Assembly (NCBI RefSeq): GCF_006345805.1 | Contig: NC_043026.1 | Coordinates: forward strand, 2,728,001 to 2,792,000 | Direction: 5' to 3' | Length of the DNA stretch: 64,000 nucleotides | Source of the DNA: Octopus sinensis | Lineage: Eukaryota | Shown here: piece by piece, positions 56,613-64,000 of the stretch | How positions within the stretch are numbered: the first letter of the stretch is position 1 | Layout: every line of letters starts with the position of its first letter | The notes under the pieces: generated by a model | Told to the model about the DNA's origin: nothing | What the model saw: only the letters and a program-made list of their open reading frames with translations | Databases searched by the model: none | Program-made: the position numbers and the translations under genes

Positions 56613-57190
56613 TATATATATTTATGATGATTGCCGCATCTTGCCGGATGATAGCCATCTCACATTCAAAAGATGTTGAGACATCTCTGTCTCATTGGAT
56701 TACTGGTTATTCTGTCAATTTGTTGCTTATTTATTCCTACCCTATTGAATTTATTGTGTACCTTTGAACATTTCAACGTTGTGTTTGTATATTTTTAGAA
56801 TGACATTGTAAGTTAGGAGCGAGGAGTCTGATCTGGTCAGTTTGAACATAAAACAGGTAGAATATTTGGGCTGGATTATGGCTGGCCAGATTAAATGCTA
56901 ATGGATTAAATGATGAAAGCTTGTCCAACACTTTTGCTCCTCTGTCTCTTGGTCACCATTAAAGGGTCCAGTGACTGGCAACTATTTTGGACTACAAGTT
57001 TTTTGCCAGAATACCTTTCTCTTAGAAGAGCTGCCTTCCCCATGGCTTTGTCAGAAATATCCAGAACCTCCTTTACTCAGAGAAAGTTTGTTTAATCCTT
57101 TAGCATCTTGTAATGATTCTGCTTGTTTCTCCTTTACTTTGTCCTCCGTAACACTTTCACATGATTTGTGAAATGTGTAAGTTTTTTCTT

Positions 57191-57419
57191 TTAACCCTTT
57201 CGTTACCGTATTTCTGTTGAGATGCTCTGTGTTTCTTTCAATTAATTTTAAATATAACAAAGAATTTAGTAAAATAACTTCGTTATCATTAAGCTAGTGT
57301 TAGGAATATAAATTGTGACTAAGGTTTGGTGGAAGATTTTAATTCAAAACTTTTGAAAACAAGACATTTGTACTCAGAGCCAGAGGTGGTTTCGGCCAGA
57401 TTGGTATCAAGAGGGTTAA
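57191..57419. mobile_element. piggyBac-type MITE
   Basis: TTAA-CCCTTT...GAGGG-TTAA; same body as 53250-53477. Confidence 0.8.
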
Positions 57420-57560
57420 AAACACCTCTACATTTGGGCAGATGGACATTAGAAGGAACTGAGAGGGTGTGAATTGAAGAAAATTTAGGCTATTATTTCT
57501 AGCATATAGAGTGACCACAATGAGGTCTCCTCTCATGTCTTCTGCTGATTATTTTTCTTC

Positions 57561-57790
57561 TTAACCCTTTTGTTACCGTATTTCTGTTGAGATGCTCTGA
57601 GTTTCTTTCAATTAATTTTAAATATAACAAAGAATTTAGTAAAATAACTTAGTTATCATTCAGCTAGTGTTAGGAATATAAATTATGACTAAGGTTTGGT
57701 GGTATATTTTGATACAAAACTTATGAAAACAAGACATTTGTACTACAGAACCAGAGGCGGTTTTGGCCAGATTGGTATCAAAAGGGTTAA
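57561..57790. mobile_element. piggyBac-type MITE
   Basis: TTAA-CCCTTT...AAAGGG-TTAA; same family. Confidence 0.8.
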
Positions 57791-57957
57791 ACTATACCAT
57801 TGAACATTTGTGGACCCGTTTCCTCACAGTAAACTTGTCAGTTTATAGTTTTCTTGTTAGTTTTGCCTTTAAATTTTTTGCTTTTCTAGCGCCCACCTTT
57901 TATATTGTGAATCACAATCCTTCTGTTGATGCATGTTTATATTTATGTACACATATG

Positions 57958-58350
57958 CACAGGAGTGGCTGTGTGGTAAGTACCTTGTTTACCAACCACA
58001 TGGTTCCGGGTTCAGTCCCACTGCGTGGCACCTTGGGCAACTGTCTTCTACTATAGCCTCAGGCCGACCAGAGCCTTGTGGGTGGATTTGGTAGACGGAA
58101 ACTGAAAGAAGCCCGTCCTATATATGTATATATATGTATGTGCGTGTATGTTTGTGTGTCTGTGTTTGTCCCCCTAGCATTGCTTGACAACCGATGCTGG
58201 TGTGTTTACGTACCCGTCACTTAGCGGTTCGGCAAAAGAGACCGATAGAATAAGTACTGGGCTTACAAAGAATAAGTTCCGGGGTCGAGTTGCTCAATTA
58301 AAGGCAGTGCTCCAGCATGGCCGCAGTCAAAATGACTGAAACAAGTAAAA
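57958..58350 (+). mobile_element. SINE family A (GCN1 intron 1)
   Basis: Family identity. Confidence 0.85.
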
Positions 58351-58559
58351 AAAAAATATATATATATAGTTGGGCATAAAAGATAATCCTCAACCTTGCC
58401 GCCAAGGGTCGCATGAGCAGGTGTTCAGAACTCCCGACAGCATCGCTCTCAGACTTATTGTTCCCCAACAACAAGCAGTGACACACACACACACTTATAT
58501 GTATACAAACAAAATATTCATCTGTCTGTCTTACCCCACCCATATGTTTATTGTTTTAG

Positions 58560-58677
58560 GAGACACAAGTATTAACAGACGCAGACATCCTGAAGAAATT
58601 TGCCCAGAAAGTTACAACATCGAATCGGAATGAGAGAATTGAATTACTAAAATTGGTTAAGAAGTCAGCAGCCAATG
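58560..58677 (+). CDS. GCN1: GCN1 coding exon 2 (ETQVLTDADILKKFAQKVTTSNRNERIELLKLVKKSAAN)
   Basis: ttgttttag acceptor and GTAAGT donor; 118 nt, phase 0 to 1. Peptide resembles the human GCN1 N-terminus as recalled (DTQVSETLKRFAGKVTTASVKERREIL). Confidence 0.9.
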
Positions 58678-58713
58678 GTAAGTGCATACTTGCAGACATC
58701 CATACAATCATAC

Positions 58714-59015
58714 ATCACCGTGACCGACCAGGCTATCAGATGTTGCTACACATCGCTGGTCACAATGCGCTTCGCATTGTTTTAGCCTTCAAATGATGCC
58801 ACCCCGCTGGCTAAGCGAGCAGGCCAAGAGAAGAAAGGGTGAGAGAAAGTTGTGGCGAGAGAGTACAGCAGGGATTGCCACCACCCCTGCCGGAGCCTCG
58901 CGGGGCTTTAAGTGTTTTCGCTCACTAAACACTCTCAACGCCTGGTCTGGGAATTGAAACTGCGATCCTACAACCGCGATTCTGCTGCCCTAACCACTGG
59001 GCCATTGCACCTCCG
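58714..59015 (-). mobile_element. SINE family C2
   Basis: Reverse complement of 60781-61083. Confidence 0.8.
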
Positions 59016-60260
59016 CACACACACACACATATATATATCATCATCATCATCATTTATCGTCTGCTTTCCATGCTAGCATGGGTTAGACGGTTCAAATGGG
59101 GTCTGGGAAGCCAGAAGGCTGCACCAGGCCCAGTCTGATCTGACAAAGTTTCTACGGCTGGATGACCTTCCTAACACCAACCACTCCGTGAGTGTAGTGG
59201 GTGCTTTTTACGTGCCAGACGGGGCTGGTAAACGGCCACTGTCGGATGGTGCTTTTTACGTGCCACCGGCACGGGGGCCAGGCGAGGCTGGAAACGGCCA
59301 CGATCAGAAGGCGCTTTTTACGTGCCACCAGCATGGAGGCCAGTTGGGGCGGCGCTGGCAACGGCCACGATCGGATGGTTCGCTTACTTGCCACTGGCAT
59401 CACAGCTGCAATTTCCATTGATGTTGATCAACTTCGATTTTGGTTCTGATTTCCACTTGACTCAACAGGTCTTCACATACATACAATCATATATATATAT
59501 ACACACACACACGCATCTATACAAACGTATATCGTCCTTTAACGTCTGCTTTCCATGCTGGCATGGGTAAGACGGTTTGTCTGAAACTGGTAAGCAGAGA
59601 GCTGCACCAGGTTGCAGTCTGGTTTGGCATGATTTCTACAGCTAGATGCCCTTTCTAATACCAACCACTCCAAGAGTATAGTAGGTGCTTTTTATGTGCC
59701 AGTTACTTGAGCGCAGCATCGGCCACAACTATGATTACACTTGGTTTGACAAATCTTCTGAAGCATATATATATAATTAGCATTTTGATTATTCTGTCTA
59801 ATTTAATGTTTATTTATTCACGTTGTTTTGAATTAGTCCTGAATGATTTTGGGATTTCAATAACATGATGGTTGAATTTTAGAATGAGAATATGGGGTTG
59901 GCGTGAGAAGCGGGATCTGGCCAGTTTGAACAAAAGACCAATAAAATATTTGGGCCGGACATGGCCCCCTTTGAATTAATTATCTATCATCTCATAGTTT
60001 TGAGATTTCAATGATGTGATTGTTTATGTTTAGAATGACAGTGTAGGGTAGGTGTGATAAGCCAGATTTGGCTGGTAAAGGGTTAATAGTAAAGGGTTAA
60101 TATATATACAGATTTGAATGTGGGCTATATATATATATATATATGTGTATATATATATATATATATAATAAATATTAGGGAATAAATCCAAACTTACAGG
60201 GAAAAATTAGATTTAGGATTAAATCCAATTTTATAGTATAAATATATTATATTATATTAA

Positions 60261-60538
60261 ATTAAATTAGAGATAAAACCACTATTAGGCAAATCAAACA
60301 GTGAAAAACATAAGCCAATACATAAAATTAATTTTAAAATATAATTAATTAATAAATAAAATAATATATAAATATAAAAATATACATACATACCTATATA
60401 TATATATAAAATTTATAAGATTAAATTATTTAAATAATTTTTTATTTTTAACTTTTATATTTTAAAATTAATTTTATGTATTGGCTTATGTTTTTCACTG
60501 TTTGATTTGCCTAATAGTGGTTTTATCTCTAATTTAAT
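60261..60538. repeat. Perfect 84-bp inverted repeat with 110-nt AT-rich spacer
   Basis: 60261-60344 is the exact reverse complement of 60455-60538. Confidence 0.9.
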
Positions 60539-60549
60539 ATAATATAATA

Positions 60550-60580
<31 letters not shown>

Positions 60581-60642
60581 GCACACGGAGTTAAACGATG
60601 ATGATGATGATGACGACCTTATTTTTTGTTCTATTTTCAACC

Positions 60643-60684
60643 AAAACTGTTTGATGAACAGAAACGCAGAAACGTAACAGTTTT
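60643..60684 (+). ncRNA. Minimal type-I hammerhead ribozyme motif (degenerate) in GCN1 intron 2
   Basis: Helix I AAAACTGT/ACAGTTTT, core TTGATGA, GAAAC, GTA cleavage triplet; helix II not well formed. Confidence 0.55.
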
Positions 60685-60711
60685 TGTGATGAATTTACAG
60701 CTTTATTATAA

Positions 60712-60743
<32 letters not shown>

Positions 60744-60780
60744 CATTCATATGTATGTATATATATATATATGTGTGTGT

Positions 60781-61083
60781 GGAGGCGCAATGGCCCAGTG
60801 GTTAGGGCAGCGGACTCGCAGTCGTAGGATCGCGGTTTCGATTCCCAGACCGGGCGTTGTGTGTGTTTATTGAGTGAAAACACCTAAAAGCTCCACGAGG
60901 TTCCGGCAGGGGGTGGTGATCCCTGCTGTACTTTTTCACCACTCTTTCTCTCTTTCTTCTGTTGGCCTGCTCACTTAGCCAGCGGGGTGGCGTCGTTCGA
61001 AGGCTAAAACAATGCGAACGCATTGTGACCAGCGATGTGTAGCAACATCTGATAGCCTGGTCGGTCACGGTGATCACGGTGAT
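60781..61083 (+). mobile_element. tRNA-derived SINE family C2 (same head as C1, different tail)
   Basis: Shared head, then ttggcctgctcacttagccagcgggg...tcacggtgat; tail-only piece at 30475-30595. Confidence 0.8.
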
Positions 61084-61199
61084 ATGTATATAGATATCAT
61101 TGTCATTGTTTAACGTCCGTTTTCCATGGCTGCACCAAGCTCCAGTCTGATCTGGCAGTGTTTCTACAGCTGGATGCCCTTCCTAACGCCAACCACTCT

Positions 61200-61530
61200 G
61201 GTCTTCTCGGTTAATTTTCCTTTGATGTTGCTGCACCTCTTATGTATCCATAGCTTATACTGGGTGCATCTTATGGGGTTTCTACCTACACCTTCTATAC
61301 AGATCGATCAGGGGCACCTACCTGAGGGTGTGTGTGATGAGTTCGCCTTCCTACTTACTAGAACTTTGGTACGTTGACCCCTAAGGCCTTTTGATTCTAA
61401 ACCTAGGTTCCACACCCGAAATTTCTTTTGTAGTTCTGGTAGTGATTCTGCTATGAGGGCCAGGTTATCAGCATAGAGGGGCTCCCAGGGGTAACCCATC
61501 TTGAATTCCTCTGTTATTGCCTGAAGAATT
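61200..61530 (-). mobile_element. LINE RT fragment
   Basis: ILQAITEEFKMGYPWEPLYADNLALIAESL (YADD-like) followed by a Cys-rich segment; similar piece at about 44140-44500. Confidence 0.7.
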
Positions 61531-62409
61531 CTATATATATATATGTGTGTGTGTCTGTGTTTGTCTCCCGACATTTCGTGACCGACAGCACCACATGAGC
61601 ACTTTTACATGACACTGCCATGAATGTTTTATACCACCAGAGGAATCGGTCTTAATGCCTCTTTTGTGGAGTATGGGTTTTCCTGAATACGGCAAGGCGC
61701 CAGGCATCTCGGTCTTTTGTCATCTCACCTGGAAAGTTCAACTTCCTGAGATCGTCCTTCAGTCCTTCATCCTATGTCTCCCTGGGTCTCCAACTTCCAC
61801 ATGTTCCATCCACTATGAATGTCTTTGAATAACCAGTCACTCATCTGGGAAGGCCTTGAAATCAATGTTACCATCTGGGGACTGTGTGTGACCCAGCGAT
61901 AATAAAATGACTGAAAGGAGGTCTGCAATCAAATAACTTTACTCAACACTTTGCAACTGAATGAGTGGAGGCAAAGATGCCTCTCACTTACTTGACAATT
62001 TATGCACCACATTGCAGAGATCGGCACTTAATCAGTGCAGCCCAAATTTGGAAACAATTGGAACAAAATGGAAAAAATATGAAATTTGTGGCAGCAACCA
62101 GAGAGATCCTAATTATTTGCTAACGAGGTTCCTTTGGTCAAACAGCCAAAATATCGTCTCCATATTTTTTAGATATTAATTTGTGTATTTTTAATTATTT
62201 TTGCATATTAATGATTAATTTTTTCTCTTCTCTTTTTTTTTTTTAAATCTCTCCATACACTTCACTCTTACTTTCCCCCAACAACCTTCTCTATACTATT
62301 AATACCTTCACCACTACCACCACCACCACCCCTACCATTACTATCAACAACACTAACTCCATCTCCACACCATGCCACCCACCCACCCACCCATGACCAT
62401 CACTGACAG

Positions 62410-62608
62410 CTCTCCCAGAGAATGCCGTCAAAGGTATATTGCGGTACCTTTTGCTGACACTGGGTCGTTACCAAGACCGTCGGTCCCAGCTGGCTGTACA
62501 GGATGTTGTGTCACAGTTGGCCCTCAAGCATCCGCAGGCCACCCTCAAGTGCATCTCTACCTCTCTTGCAAACTTTGCCAACCTTCAGAAGACTTGTGGC
62601 GCCTCCAG
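62410..62608 (+). CDS. GCN1: GCN1 coding exon 3 (ALPENAVKGILRYLLLTLGRYQDRRSQLAVQDVVSQLALKHPQATLKC...); gene continues beyond the window
   Basis: cag acceptor and GTAAGT donor; 199 nt, phase 1 to 2, in frame with exon 2. Resembles human GCN1 DLPEGAVKGLCKLFCLTLHRYRDAASRRALQAAIQQLAEAQPEATAK as recalled. Confidence 0.92.
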
Positions 62609-62693
62609 GTAAGTCTTAGTTCCAGTGTCTGGTGTGTGTGTGTGTGTGTGTGTGTGTGTGCATCCAGGCCCAGAATGGAACTCTAAATGTTCC

Positions 62694-63325
62694 TGTGGCT
62701 GTGTGGTAAGTAGCCTGCTTACCAACCACATGGTTCCAGGTTCAGTCCCACTGCATAGCACCTTGGACAAGTGTCTTCTTCTATAGCCTCTGGCCAACCA
62801 AAGCCTTGTGAGTGGATTTGGTAGACGGAAATTGAAAGAAGCTCTTTGTATATTTATTTATATGTATATGCATTTGTGTATCTGTGTTTGTCCCTTTCCC
62901 CCCGCCCACCCACTATCACTTGCCAACAGATGTTGGTGTGTTTATGTTCCCATAGCATAGCAGTTCAGCAAAAGAGACTGATCGGATAAGTACTAGGCTT
63001 ACAAAGAATAAGTCCTGGGGTAGGTTTGTTCAACTGAAGGTGGTGCTCCAGCACGGCCGCAGTCAAATGGTTGAAACAAATAAAAAGAAAAAAAAACACA
63101 TACATGGACATGAGCAGACTTATACATATTTTTATTAGTTATTTCACTGTGGCCATGCTGGAGCACTGCCTTTAGTCGAACAAATCAACTCCAGGACTTA
63201 CTCTTTGTAAGCCTAGTACTTATTCTGTCGGTCTCTTTTGTCAAACTGCTAACTTACAGGGATGTAAACACACCAACATCGGTTGTCATACGATGGCAGC
63301 AGGGACAAACACAGACACACAAATA
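62694..63325. mobile_element. Tail-to-tail pair of family A SINEs (62694-63090 +, 63135-63325 -)
   Basis: Family identity; opposite orientation. Confidence 0.8.
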
Positions 63326-63379
63326 TATACATACATACATACATACATTATATATATATAATATATATATGTATGTATG

Positions 63380-63428
<49 letters not shown>

Positions 63429-63524
63429 ATATATATATATATATATATGTATGTTTATGTGTATATATATTATATATATATGTATGTTTATGTGTATATA
63501 TATATATATATATATATGTATGTT

Positions 63525-63565
<41 letters not shown>

Positions 63566-64000
63566 TTATGTGTATATATATATATATATATACTGCAGAG
63601 ATACCCGCTGTTGCCTGTGTTACATTCAATTGAAGAATTAGACTTCTCTGTTAGATTTTCTATAATGAACTGGAATATCTGTGTTTCGAATTTCATCAAA
63701 ATTGCAGATGAGGGTTATTTCCTTCTTTACACACCCTAAAAAGAAATTGTAATCGTGCCACATGTATCCCATACTACTTATTTATATGAGCAGATTCCAA
63801 AATTGCAGTCTTATAGAACCCGTTAAAAGAATTTTGCTCCTGAGAAATGGAGGTCATGGAGCTCTAAAATGTGAGAGTTAAGGCCCCTATTAGGGATGGG
63901 TGTCTTAATGTCAACCAGAGAAGTTATATTGTTGAGAATCTTTTTAACTTGGTTCTTATATCTATTGTTTGAATTTCTTTGAGATAGAAAATATATGTTC

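Noticed and set aside
62372-62686. 104-aa ORF in the supplied track
   Set aside because: Wrong frame over GCN1 exon 3.

Overview
Repeat-rich eukaryotic DNA. The SINE/LINE families and microsatellite load suggest a coleoid cephalopod, most likely Octopus (inference). One host gene is supported: the first three coding exons of GCN1 on the + strand (47485-47505, 58560-58677, 62410-62608), with canonical splice sites and a continuous reading frame. The rest is mostly transposon debris: three tRNA-derived SINE families, RTE-type, CR1-type and R4/Dong-type LINEs, a Penelope-like element, Helitron and mariner relics, piggyBac-type MITEs, long microsatellites and a 100-N gap. Most listed ORFs are artefacts of microsatellites or SINEs. 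Highlights: (i) several minimal type-I hammerhead ribozyme motifs in short cassettes next to microsatellites, one with a compensatory G3:C8 core swap and one sense within GCN1 intron 2; (ii) a candidate spliced, overlapping out-of-frame uORF across the GCN1 start; (iii) an orphan CpG-rich double-CRE element with a splice donor; (iv) three back-to-back hairpins in unique sequence; (v) a minisatellite with higher-order structure. Repeat boundaries are approximate (read by eye), and no database searches were run.
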